From the NCBI GenBank assembly GCA_963701085.1, contig OY969561.1, positions 32,001 to 96,000 of the forward strand: DNA of 64,000 bases, written 5' to 3'. This document shows, piece by piece, positions 1-9,307 of this stretch; within the stretch, counting starts at the first letter, position 1; each line of letters begins with the position of its first letter. The notes below the pieces were generated by a model. It had not been told where the DNA came from. It made no database searches and saw only the letters and a program-made list of their open reading frames with translations. Source of the stretch: an uncultured bacterium (GTDB lineage: Bacteria > Babelota > Babeliae > Babelales > Vermiphilaceae). The translations under genes and the position numbers were made by a program.

Positions 1-26
1 AGAAGTGTGCTATATATTTTTTTCAT
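1..26 (-). CDS. 5' end of a gene running off the window (MKKIYSTL...), probably a signal-peptide protein
   Basis: ATG at 26 on the minus strand with AAGGAA RBS upstream; only 8 codons visible. Confidence 0.45.
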
Positions 27-98
27 TATTTTCCTTGGTTTGGAGTTTTTTTTAAGTTTAACTGAAATAGAGTTTAGAAAAGAAGGCTTTTAATAGAT

Positions 99-124
99 AT
101 GGGATGCCTATTAAAGCATCCCAT
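99..124 (-). terminator. Hairpin after 138..479, probable intrinsic terminator
   Basis: ATGGGATGC-N8-GCATCCCAT just past the stop codon; U-tract is weak. Confidence 0.55.
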
Positions 125-137
125 TCATTTTGCTGTA

Positions 138-479
138 TTAATCCTCATCGAGGGCGGCTAGAGGTATCGCCATTAATATCAGAGTAGTTGTGTATACAGC
201 GAGAACTTGTTCTAATTGTTTATTGTTTTTACACAGATCATACTTTATGGCTAGAACCGCCGACGTAAGTAAGGCAGCGTATGTGGTTAGAACTATGCCT
301 GGGTGGTCTTTTGAATATCGTAAAATACGCCCTCTTATAGATTTTTCATATTTAGCAATTGTTTCTTCTTGCTTGATTTGTTCTTGCTCGTTAATAACTG
401 GGTTAGCGTATGTAGGAACCATTGTTGCCACTGAGAACGATAAAAGAGCCATAGTTGCATATTTTCGTAATGTTTTCAT
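138..479 (-). CDS. Small exported/membrane hypothetical protein
   Basis: Start MKTLRK at 479 with GGAGG RBS; signal peptide ending TYA; two hydrophobic C-terminal segments. Confidence 0.75.
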   Translation of the reverse strand: MKTLRKYATMALLSFSVATMVPTYANPVINEQEQIKQEETIAKYEKSIRGRILRYSKDHPGIVLTTYAALLTSAVLAIKYDLCKNNKQLEQVLAVYTTTLILMAIPLAALDED

Positions 480-491
480 AAGAACCTCCAA

Positions 492-645
492 TTTGGTTAA
501 AATATTAGCTTCTATATACTATTATATATACTATTTGAAATAAGTCAATCAGGGGGGGTGAAAGTGCGATCAGGACGTATAAAAGCAATTAATTAGGGGT
601 AGGTTAAAAAAAATCCCCAGTACATACTGAGGATTTTGATTGTTA
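492..645 (-). repeat. Intergenic cassette copy 1 (terminator + sigma70-like promoter + leader)
   Basis: Near-identical to 971-1125 and partly to 2028-2118; TTGACT-N16-TATAAT on minus strand (548-521); hairpin with T-run at 606-637. Confidence 0.85.
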
Positions 646-657
646 TTATAACACATA

Positions 658-957
658 TTAATCACTGTCAATGTCAATAGCGAGAAACATCGAGGTCATC
701 ATTAGAGCAGCTGCGGATCCACTGAGTAAGTTACCCAATTTTGTGTCATAGCTTGTATTTATATTATATTTTTCACAAGCTAGACCTGTGAGAACAACGG
801 CTATAGAACATGCACAACATGCGATGCAACCTATTTGTTTGTATTTTTTTTGAACTTCAAAGTTGGTTTCTTTACCGTCATATGCCGATGTGATAAATGG
901 CATATTTAAGCCAAAACCCAATATAGCCATACATAATAGTTTTTTTGATATAGTCAT
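658..957 (-). CDS. Small exported/membrane Cys-rich hypothetical protein
   Basis: GGAGG RBS; signal peptide; two hydrophobic segments; same layout as 138..479. Confidence 0.75.
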   Translation of the reverse strand: MTISKKLLCMAILGFGLNMPFITSAYDGKETNFEVQKKYKQIGCIACCACSIAVVLTGLACEKYNINTSYDTKLGNLLSGSAAALMMTSMFLAIDIDSD

Positions 958-970
958 AGTAATCCTCCAG

Positions 971-1125
971 TTTGGTTGAAATATTAGCTTCTATATACTA
1001 TTATATTATACTATTTGAAATAATTCAACAGGGTGGGTGAAAGCACGATCAGGACGTATAAAAGCGGTTAATTAGGGGTAAAATTAAAGAAAATCCCCAG
1101 TATATACCGAGGATTTTGGTTGTTA
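971..1125 (-). repeat. Intergenic cassette copy 2
   Basis: Matches 492-645; TTGAAT-N17-TATAAT; terminator hairpin 1090-1117. Confidence 0.85.
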
Positions 1126-1154
1126 TGAGGTCATAATACGCAGCTGGATGCTCT

Positions 1155-2015
1155 TTAATTAAACGAAAATTGCATGCATACAGGGTTGTGGTCACTGGTA
1201 GCTTCACTACTCTCACCACATAATTTGTAGGTTTTTATGTTAAATGCACTGTTAGGTTTAACAAGAATATGATCAATTTCAACGGGGTTCCCTTTTTTGA
1301 GATGCGTAGCAATATGTTGATTGGCTTCTTTTGCTACAGTTCGTGCATGGGTAAAACCAGATTCAGAAAGAGTTGTTTGCATACCGTTAGTAAATGTTGT
1401 GTTTAAATCACCCATCAAAATAACCGGTTTTTTATTACAACGTTTTTCACTATCGGCGATGATATTTTTTATTTGTATAATGCGATTGTCTTGGTTTCTA
1501 TGGTCAAGATGTGTGTTATAGATATAAAATTCTTTGCCAGTTGCTTTTTCTTTTAAAAGAGCCCACGTGCAAATGCGTGGTAGTGATTGCAGGTGCCATT
1601 TTGTGTTGTCATTAATACCAAAGGTATTACTATCAATGAGTTCTATTTTATCCTGATTATAGAAAATAGGGTTATGTTCATCCGTGGCAGCTTTCATGGT
1701 AACATAATGCCATAATTTTCCCATATGAGTACTGCGTGGTTTTCCGACATGACCGTAATTTGGTAATGTTTTTTTTATATCATCAAATTGATTGTTATCC
1801 TTAATAACTTCTTGAAAACCATAAATATCAGCATTCATATTTTTGATTATATTGCATACTCCTTGTTGACGCTTTGGCCAATTACCTTCTTTTGCAAACC
1901 ATCCCTTTGTTCCCCCATGTAATACATTATAGGTACCTGTGGTTAAAGCTTTGAGTGGCATAAAAATGGTGTTGCCTATAAGTAGGCTGATAATAATTGA
2001 TAAGTAGTTTTTCAT
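1155..2015 (-). CDS. Secreted endonuclease/exonuclease/phosphatase (EEP) family protein
   Basis: TYNV, GFQE, NTHL, GDLN, IDHI, SDH motifs; N-terminal signal peptide. Confidence 0.9.
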   Translation of the reverse strand: MKNYLSIIISLLIGNTIFMPLKALTTGTYNVLHGGTKGWFAKEGNWPKRQQGVCNIIKNMNADIYGFQEVIKDNNQFDDIKKTLPNYGHVGKPRSTHMGKLWHYVTMKAATDEHNPIFYNQDKIELIDSNTFGINDNTKWHLQSLPRICTWALLKEKATGKEFYIYNTHLDHRNQDNRIIQIKNIIADSEKRCNKKPVILMGDLNTTFTNGMQTTLSESGFTHARTVAKEANQHIATHLKKGNPVEIDHILVKPNSAFNIKTYKLCGESSEATSDHNPVCMQFSFN

Positions 2016-2027
2016 ACGATCTCCTGT

Positions 2028-2118
2028 TTTGGTTAAAATATTAGCTTCTATATACTATTATATATCAATCTGAAATAAGTCAATAAGGGTGGCCAAAAAG
2101 AGCGATCTGTACGTATAA
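2028..2118 (-). promoter_or_regulatory. Intergenic cassette copy 3 (promoter/leader part only)
   Basis: TTGGTTAAAATATTAGCTTCTATATACTATTATAT...TGAAATAAGTCAA shared with copies 1 and 2. Confidence 0.75.
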
Positions 2119-2262
2119 TTATATATTTTTATGTTTATAAAAGGCATAGAAAACTGACAAATGGGGCTATTTTTATGAAAAAGGGCCTGATGGTGGACAA
2201 TTTTTTGCTTTTTTTAGATGCTAATAAGAGAAAATTTGTACCATCTATAAAAAGGAAAAATT

Positions 2263-4020
2263 ATGCAATCGCAAGGGGCATTAGCATTTATTAAGCAGGT
2301 CACAAAGCCTTTCAGATTTTATATTGCAGGAATGGTATTTGTTGCATTTGTCTGGGCATTATTGATTAACGTGCAACCATATATTGTAAAGCTTATTTTG
2401 AATGTAGCAATGACTGATCATGATAATCTTGCAAACCAACTTGCATTGCTGATGGGGTTATATCTTGCTTCTGAGTTTATTTATGTTCTTATTTTTAGAG
2501 TATACGATTGGATTGTACTTAAGTTTATTCCTGCACTTAAAGCAGAGTTATGCCTTGTTCTTATGGATACAATGATGAATCACTCTCATAATTTTTATCA
2601 ACGTCAATTTGCGGGAAGCCTAACAACGCGGATTACCGATATTATTGGTGGAATTCCTGATGTTTTACGTTTGGTGATTGATCGCTTATTGGCATGCTCA
2701 TTGATGTTGCTATTCGCATTGTATAACATATCAAGAATTCATATGAAATTTACCATAGCATTAGGGTTATGGGTATTTTTGTTTTTAGGGATTTCAGTTA
2801 TTCTTGTTTTTCGCAATCAACATTTAGCATACAATGTTGCCGGAGCTCGTGCTGCGGTAATAGGTGTTGTTGCTGATATTCTAACCAATATGACCGGTAT
2901 TCGGTTTTTTGCGAGTAAACGGTTTGAGCTTTCTTATTTGAAGCGCACTGTTGATTTTTCTACTGAAAAAAATCAGGCACGTGATTGGTTTTTTTTGAAA
3001 TTACATGCATTTCAAGGGGGATCTTTTTTATTGTTTCAAGCAGTTTGTTTTTGGTGGTTGCTTGGTGGGTTGGTGAGTAAAACAATTACGCCGGGCGACT
3101 TTATTTTGGTACTCACCTTGAATTTGCATATTATTGAGAATTTTTGGAATATCGCAAAAGATATGCGCGATTTTTGGGAAAAAATGGGAAATATTGTGCA
3201 AGGGCTTGCGGTTATTCAAACTCCTGCTGATATACAAGATAGTCCTGATGCGAAAGAACTTGTTGTCACCAAAGGTGAGATTGTATTTGAGAATGTACAG
3301 TTTCAGTACCATGCTGCTGAATCATTGTTTGAGCACAGATCAGTAGTCATCAAACCAGGTCAAAAGGTTGGGTTGGTTGGGTACTCTGGTAGTGGTAAAT
3401 CAACGTTTGTTAATTTAATTTTACGATTGTTTGATGTTACCGCGGGTAAAATTATGATTGATGGTCAGGATATCCGTAACGTCACACAAGATAGTTTGCA
3501 TGAAGCTATTGCGATGATTCCGCAAGATCCATCGTTGTTTCACCGATCATTATATGAAAATATTTTATATGGTCGTAGGAACGCAACTCAAGAGGAAGTA
3601 ATTGCAGCGGCAAAACGTGCGTATGCACAAGAATTTATTGTAACATTATCGCAGGGGTATGATACACAAGTTGGTGAGCGTGGTGTGCGTCTTTCTGGTG
3701 GGCAGCGGCAGCGTATTGCCATTGCGCGTGCAATATTGAAAAATGCGCCAATTCTTATTCTTGATGAAGCAACAAGTCAACTTGATTCGGTAACAGAGAG
3801 TGAAATTCAAGATAGTATATGGGATTTGATGCAGAATAAAACAACATTGATCATAGCACACCGTCTTTCTACGTTACTTCATATGGATCGCATTCTCGTT
3901 TTTGATCAAGGCACTATTGTAGAAGATGGTTCTCATGAAGAGCTGCTTGAAAAAGACGGCCTCTATAAAAAGCTGTGGGAAGCCCAAATTGGTGGCTTTT
4001 TACTTGATGATGCTGAGTAA
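2263..4020 (+). CDS. ABC exporter, fused permease/ATP-binding protein
   Basis: TM domain, Walker A GYSGSGKS, LSGGQ signature, Walker B ILILDE, H-loop IAHRL. Confidence 0.95.
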   Translation: MQSQGALAFIKQVTKPFRFYIAGMVFVAFVWALLINVQPYIVKLILNVAMTDHDNLANQLALLMGLYLASEFIYVLIFRVYDWIVLKFIPALKAELCLVLMDTMMNHSHNFYQRQFAGSLTTRITDIIGGIPDVLRLVIDRLLACSLMLLFALYNISRIHMKFTIALGLWVFLFLGISVILVFRNQHLAYNVAGARAAVIGVVADILTNMTGIRFFASKRFELSYLKRTVDFSTEKNQARDWFFLKLHAFQGGSFLLFQAVCFWWLLGGLVSKTITPGDFILVLTLNLHIIENFWNIAKDMRDFWEKMGNIVQGLAVIQTPADIQDSPDAKELVVTKGEIVFENVQFQYHAAESLFEHRSVVIKPGQKVGLVGYSGSGKSTFVNLILRLFDVTAGKIMIDGQDIRNVTQDSLHEAIAMIPQDPSLFHRSLYENILYGRRNATQEEVIAAAKRAYAQEFIVTLSQGYDTQVGERGVRLSGGQRQRIAIARAILKNAPILILDEATSQLDSVTESEIQDSIWDLMQNKTTLIIAHRLSTLLHMDRILVFDQGTIVEDGSHEELLEKDGLYKKLWEAQIGGFLLDDAE

Positions 4021-4114
4021 GTTCATTATGTTGGTTGAGTTTGATCAATGATTTTTTATATGGTAGTGTCATTTTTGATAGTAGTTTAGGAGTAGTTTTT
4101 TTAAGGAGCATGCA

Positions 4115-5242
4115 ATGCAAAAAAAAATGATTGCTAGGTCTTCACAAGTTATGTTGTCTGTTTTGGTGTTATCATTTCCCTTATCGTCTCAGGGCTCAAT
4201 TGCCTATATTCCTCAGGCATTAAGAGAATGTATTAGTGTGGCACATGAAATTACTGAAGCCTCAAGTGATACAAGAAATTTGCAAGAGTTGCACGCAATG
4301 ATTAAAGAAAACAGGATTCTTGCATCTGATAATATGACGCGTATGGCGGTAAAAGAAGCATTTAATGTTATAGAAGCACATAAAAATGACTTTAGAGATA
4401 ACAAACAACATGCAGCAATCAAAAAATATTTGAAGGAATATGTTAAGAGCTTAGATAATGCATCGATACTGCTTGCTATTCAAGGTGAAGGTTCTCGTTT
4501 TGCATCGTGGCCAATATCTTTCGTTGCACGTAGCTTGCCTGGTTATTCGGTTGATAGGGATATGATGCATTTAAGTAGCGAATTAGCTTCGACAAACAAT
4601 ATACAATTATGTGGAAATGTTGCAGCGCATTCTCCTTTGTATAATGATTTAAATACGCGTATTCTAGCAAATGTTTTGAAGAATTTTCAGGTGAATAGTT
4701 CAAAAGACCCAAGCATTATTATTTCTTCTACTATGATGACTAATTCATTATCAAACAATCCTAATGTAATTTTTGGAACAGGTGTTTCTTCCCCAATTAT
4801 TAATACATGGTCGATGGCGCCAAGCACATCAGTGCAATCTCCTATTAATATGCAGTTTTCAATCCCTGCAGATTTAAAAATAGAAGAAGAAATATCGTTA
4901 GAATTGCATTTCTTAGTCAAGCAGCAGCTGGCTCCTGCGGGTAAGGTGTGTATTAGAGTTGATGCTAAATATATGCATAATAACGCGGATTTTGATATTT
5001 TAGCTTCGGATCCGATATTTAATTATACAAATAATTCCAGTAACTTTAAGATTACAGAGCCAAGCTCAGCTGATAGTCTTAAACATGTATCCATAGTAAT
5101 TCCACTTCAATATGCAGTAATAAAAAACTTAGATTTGGCGTTTTTGTCTCTTACACGTATTGCGCCAGTTGCGAGTGCGGAGTATGAGCAAGATATTTAT
5201 TTGGCATCTGCTGTATTTAGATATACACGTATTGATCTTTAA
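4115..5242 (+). CDS. Secreted protein, collagen-less member of the family at 35680-40472
   Basis: Signal peptide; AYIPQALRECIS N-domain; C-terminal QFSIPADL...LSLTRIAP...EYEQDIYL...RYTR shared with the collagen proteins. Confidence 0.85.
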   Translation: MQKKMIARSSQVMLSVLVLSFPLSSQGSIAYIPQALRECISVAHEITEASSDTRNLQELHAMIKENRILASDNMTRMAVKEAFNVIEAHKNDFRDNKQHAAIKKYLKEYVKSLDNASILLAIQGEGSRFASWPISFVARSLPGYSVDRDMMHLSSELASTNNIQLCGNVAAHSPLYNDLNTRILANVLKNFQVNSSKDPSIIISSTMMTNSLSNNPNVIFGTGVSSPIINTWSMAPSTSVQSPINMQFSIPADLKIEEEISLELHFLVKQQLAPAGKVCIRVDAKYMHNNADFDILASDPIFNYTNNSSNFKITEPSSADSLKHVSIVIPLQYAVIKNLDLAFLSLTRIAPVASAEYEQDIYLASAVFRYTRIDL

Positions 5243-5258
5243 ACAAAAGTATTAATTC

Positions 5259-5295
5259 AAAAAGCCTCATCTGTAAAAGGATGAGGCTTTTTTTT
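5259..5295 (+). terminator. Bidirectional intrinsic terminator
   Basis: AAAAAGCCTCATC...GATGAGGCTTTTTTTT; same stem as 6886-6917. Confidence 0.85.
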
Positions 5296-5296
5296 A

Positions 5297-5387
5297 GAGA
5301 GGAAAAAGATCATAGAAAGTTTCGCTTTTTGTAATAGATTGAGAGTTTTTTTATGCGTTCAATAATTTCTGAAGTTGAAATTCCTTT
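5297..5387 (-). pseudogene. Duplicate of the 3' end of the LicD-cytidylyltransferase gene
   Basis: Matches about 6922-7010 with two synonymous substitutions and one extra base in a homopolymer. Confidence 0.85.
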
Positions 5388-5718
5388 TGCCATTGCGCGT
5401 GCAATATTGAAAAATGCGCCAATTCTTATTCTTGATGAAGCAACAAGTCAGCTTGATTCGGTAACAGAGAGTGAAATTCAAGATAGTATATGGGATTTGA
5501 TGCAGAATAAAACAACATTGATCATAGCGCACCGTCTTTCTACGTTACTTCATATGGATCGCATTCTCGTTTTTGATCAAGGCACTATTGTGGAGGATGG
5601 TTCTCATGAAGAGCTGCTCGAAAAAGACGGCCTCTATAAAAAGTTGTGGGAAGCCCAAATTGGTGGCTTTTTGATAGATAATGGCGATGAGATTGTTCAT
5701 CATACATGGAGTAATTGA
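5388..5718 (+). pseudogene. Duplicate 3' fragment of the ABC exporter gene
   Basis: About 5388-5670 matches about 3717-4000; lacks TM domain and Walker A; different C-terminal tail. Confidence 0.9.
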
Positions 5719-5786
5719 TTAATGATTTCTAATGTGATAGGTTTCTTTTTGATAGTATTTATTAATTTTTCTAAAAAGGAGAAAAG

Positions 5787-6866
5787 ATGCAAGAAAAAAT
5801 TGTTTCTAGATTTTCAAAAATAGTAATACCAGCTATTTTGTTGTCCCTTCATATGCAATCTTTTGGAGTTGTTGCATATATGTCTCAAACGTTAAGAGAA
5901 TGTATAGCTGTAGTTTATGAACGAGCTGGATCTAATTGTCGTAAGCAAGCATTAGAAGAATTATATGAGGCTATTAGAGAAAATAGAATGTTGGCTCCTG
6001 ATACTATTGTTTCTCAGGGGATAGCAGAAGCTATTGAAGTTATTAATTCGTCTAATCGCAGTAATCAAAGAGAAATCATTCAATATTTAGAACAATACCT
6101 TAATAATTTAAATGACAGAGGCGTATTGCTTGCTCTTAATGGAGATATGTCTCGAGTCAGATCATGGCCATTGGGATTAATTGAACGTTCTATGATGTTA
6201 GATCAGAGAGAAGCGTGTGATTTGTTGCGTTTAAGTAATGAATTATCATGTAATTTAATATTTTGTGGTAGTGAAGAGAATGGAGTTTCATTAGATGCGT
6301 CCGTAATGAAGAATATTAAACGAGCTTTTACTGATCCATCAATTAATTTTAGGCCGAATGGTATGACTAATTCACAGTCATTAACACCGACCATTATTCT
6401 TGGTGGCACTGGTGTTAATTCTCCTGTTATTAATGGATGGGCTTTAACTCCGAATGATCTGCAATTCCCCGTTAATGTGCAATTTGTGATTCCTGATGAT
6501 TTTGCAAGTCATCAACCAGTAAGCTTAGAACTTGGTTTTTTGATACCAAATAATGGACTTGTTAATGGATATGCAAATTTTTTAGTACAAGCAAAATATT
6601 TAGATTCAAAGCATAGTTTTAATCCTAATGATGTTAGTTGGACGCATGCAAATACATCCGGTAATATAAAAATAACAGAAGCTTCAAATTCAGATAATGT
6701 AAAATATATGCTTATTAATATTCCTCTTTCAAAATCACATATAAAACCTGGTTATTTTGCAATGTTAAGTGTTTCTCGCACATCGCCAACGGGTGGTAAA
6801 TCTGAATATGCTGGTGATCTTTCGCTTGTATCAGCAGTATTCAAATATACATCGCTAAGTAACTAA
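5787..6866 (+). CDS. Secreted protein, divergent paralogue of 4115..5242
   Basis: AGGAG RBS; shared motifs AYMSQTLRECI, ENRMLA, SWP, GTGVNSPVINGW, QFVIPDD, EYAGDL..FKYT. Confidence 0.85.
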   Translation: MQEKIVSRFSKIVIPAILLSLHMQSFGVVAYMSQTLRECIAVVYERAGSNCRKQALEELYEAIRENRMLAPDTIVSQGIAEAIEVINSSNRSNQREIIQYLEQYLNNLNDRGVLLALNGDMSRVRSWPLGLIERSMMLDQREACDLLRLSNELSCNLIFCGSEENGVSLDASVMKNIKRAFTDPSINFRPNGMTNSQSLTPTIILGGTGVNSPVINGWALTPNDLQFPVNVQFVIPDDFASHQPVSLELGFLIPNNGLVNGYANFLVQAKYLDSKHSFNPNDVSWTHANTSGNIKITEASNSDNVKYMLINIPLSKSHIKPGYFAMLSVSRTSPTGGKSEYAGDLSLVSAVFKYTSLSN

Positions 6867-6885
6867 CCTGGAATTAATAGTATAG

Positions 6886-6917
6886 AAAAAAGCCTCATCC
6901 GCAGATGAGGCTTTTTT
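6886..6917. terminator. Bidirectional intrinsic terminator
   Basis: AAAAAAGCCTCATC-CGCA-GATGAGGCTTTTTT between convergent genes. Confidence 0.85.
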
Positions 6918-8069
6918 CTATAGAGGAAAAAGATCATAGAAAGTTTCGCTTTTTGTAATAGATTGAGAGTTTTTTATGCGCTCAATAATTTCTGAGGTTG
7001 AAATTCCTTTGGTGTAGGGTGTTATTCGCATAATATTCATAGCTAATGGGTCAGCAAAGTAAGTTTGGAGTGTGCTTGTGGCAAAATCATCACCATGAAC
7101 TACAAAATCAATATTATGAAGTTTAATAAAATCTTTGGTGGGAGCGAGTGGTGCAGAGCAAATAATTTCATCAACATATTTGCATCCGGCCATTACTTGG
7201 GCTCGTTCGTCTTGTCGTAAAATGGGTTGTCTTTTGTATGCGGTTGCTACATCATCAGGTATTAATCCTACGATCAGATGTGTTCCAAGAGCACGTGCTT
7301 GTTTGAGAAATGCTACATGACCATAATGGAATAGGTCGCCTACCATGCTTGCATAGACGCGGATGGAATCTGTTGATTTTTTTAACACGCGATTATGAAG
7401 TGGGCCAGTTGGTTGAGCGGCAATCATATCATCTGTGGTAAGTTCTCGTTCTTCTTGAATATTAAAAAAATGGTTCCATATTTTTCCGTAATGTGGCCAA
7501 TTTGGTGAAAATGATGCATTAAGATAGGGAATTGGATTGTTTGGTCCTAATACTATTGTTTCTCCAAAAGTATAAACTCGCAAGGGATAAAGCTCTTGTT
7601 TTGTTATATAGATTGGTTGATCATCTCTTTGCATCCAATGTTGTTCATAATAAATTTTGTCATTTTTTTCTATGGTTAAAAAGATATCTATACAAGGAGA
7701 ACCTTTGAGTTCGCCAAAGGTAAAGACTTCTTGATTTGTGATTTTGTAGCCAAACCATACCGGTGTTATTCCGTAATTGAGCCGTTGAAAGTCGGGAAGT
7801 AATGAAACAAATAGTTCTTCATCATCTAATTTGATATTGATATCAATATCATCATCCCAGGGAATAATTCCTTTGTGCCGAACTGCGCCCAGTAATGTTC
7901 CTCCTTGGATCCAGTATTCAAGTTTGTTAAGCGTAAAAAGTTCATGGGTGTCTTTCATGAGTTGGTATAGGTGAAGATACCATGCATCAGGCATTAATTG
8001 GTTGTTCTGTGTAGCACCACATAAAGTGAATAGATATAAAAAAGTAATGAGTAGAGTAGTTTTATGCAT
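6918..8069 (-). CDS. LicD-family phosphotransferase fused to an HxGH cytidylyltransferase, with signal peptide
   Basis: GGTLLGAVRHKGIIPWDDDIDI (LicD); GDLFHYGH, VVHGDD, YTKGISTS (cytidylyltransferase). Confidence 0.9.
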   Translation of the reverse strand: MHKTTLLITFLYLFTLCGATQNNQLMPDAWYLHLYQLMKDTHELFTLNKLEYWIQGGTLLGAVRHKGIIPWDDDIDINIKLDDEELFVSLLPDFQRLNYGITPVWFGYKITNQEVFTFGELKGSPCIDIFLTIEKNDKIYYEQHWMQRDDQPIYITKQELYPLRVYTFGETIVLGPNNPIPYLNASFSPNWPHYGKIWNHFFNIQEERELTTDDMIAAQPTGPLHNRVLKKSTDSIRVYASMVGDLFHYGHVAFLKQARALGTHLIVGLIPDDVATAYKRQPILRQDERAQVMAGCKYVDEIICSAPLAPTKDFIKLHNIDFVVHGDDFATSTLQTYFADPLAMNIMRITPYTKGISTSEIIERIKNSQSITKSETFYDLFPL

Positions 8070-9090
8070 ATTGTTTTTCCGTTATGGTTGGTTGATTTAT
8101 TATGTGATTATATAAGTTATTATATTTTGAACAGTCGGCAGTAACATGTTTTACATCTCCTGGTCGTGCTGGCATAAATAAAAATTCATTGTTGTAGGTT
8201 GGATGTTTTTTTTTCAATATATCGATGATATCAAAAATGGTGCTGCTTTTTCCTGTTGCAATATTAAACAGTTCGCCTTGCATAAGTTTTTTTTCACACA
8301 TGCCAAAGAGTATGTTTGCTTCAACAACAGTTTCTACTGGTACATAGTCACGTGTTTGTGTGCCATCACCAAAAATAGTGAGAGGAAGATTATGTTTCAT
8401 GTTGTGCATGAATTTTGCAATGACACCAGCGTAGCTTGCTTGTGGATTTTGACGGAGACCGTAAACATTAAAATAGCGCATTACGACCGTTTCCATATTA
8501 AATGCTTGAGCATATTCTTTGCAGTATAGCTCTCCTATGAGTTTTGAAAAACCGTAAGGGGATATTGGATTTGGTTGTTTTGTTTCAGTGCATTGACCGG
8601 TAGTGTCTCCATAGGTGGCACATGTTGAAGAGAAAACAAAACGTTTAACGCCATTAATGCGTGCAGCTTCAAGCAAGTTTTGTGTTCCAGTGACATTGAT
8701 GGTATGACATTTTTGAGGATCTTCCATGGATCCTGGTACAGATACAAATGCAGCAAGGTGAAAAATAATTTTTTTATTATGCGTTGCTATTAAACATGTT
8801 TCTAAATCGGTGATGCTGCCACAAATGAGAGTAACTTTATCCTTTACGGTAGCAATATTATTTTCATTGCCGGTACTTAAATCATCTAATATTGATACTT
8901 TTGCGCCAAGGTCAACCAGTTTTTCAACAAGATGAGATCCAATAAATCCGCAGCCTCCGGTCACGAGCACAGGAACTCCTTTATAGATATTTTCATATAT
9001 GTTGGCATGTAATCCTATAAAGTTGGTTAATATAGTTAATAGCGTTACAAAGGCTATTGCCGACAGATTAACATTAAAAATATATTTCAT
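8062..9090 (-). CDS. NAD-dependent nucleotide-sugar epimerase/dehydratase (WbpP/GalE-like) with signal peptide
   Basis: VTGGCGFIGS, HLAA, YGFSK, GDGTQTRD. Confidence 0.9.
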   Translation of the reverse strand: MKYIFNVNLSAIAFVTLLTILTNFIGLHANIYENIYKGVPVLVTGGCGFIGSHLVEKLVDLGAKVSILDDLSTGNENNIATVKDKVTLICGSITDLETCLIATHNKKIIFHLAAFVSVPGSMEDPQKCHTINVTGTQNLLEAARINGVKRFVFSSTCATYGDTTGQCTETKQPNPISPYGFSKLIGELYCKEYAQAFNMETVVMRYFNVYGLRQNPQASYAGVIAKFMHNMKHNLPLTIFGDGTQTRDYVPVETVVEANILFGMCEKKLMQGELFNIATGKSSTIFDIIDILKKKHPTYNNEFLFMPARPGDVKHVTADCSKYNNLYNHIINQPTITEKQYA

Positions 9091-9307
9091 TATTTGTCCT
9101 TAATAATATGTATTGTTTTTTTTATATTGATCTTAAGTAAGATGATATGGCAAATCATAGATATAATTTTAGTTCATAGTCAGATGATTGAGTTATAAAC
9201 GTTTTTGTTGGTGAATAAATATAATATTGTTGTAGTCGATTTTGTTTTTTTTGAATGATAGAACTTATATAAGAGTTTTTTTAATTGTATAACTAAAGGA
9301 GTGTTGT

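Noticed and set aside
480-2120. CRISPR array or integron
   Set aside because: Repeats are about 150 bp and separated by whole genes; no cas gene, integrase or attC-like structure is visible.
5353-5718. 121-aa ABC ATPase ORF as an independent gene
   Set aside because: Chimeric: the first codons are the antisense licD tail, the rest is a duplicated fragment without Walker A.
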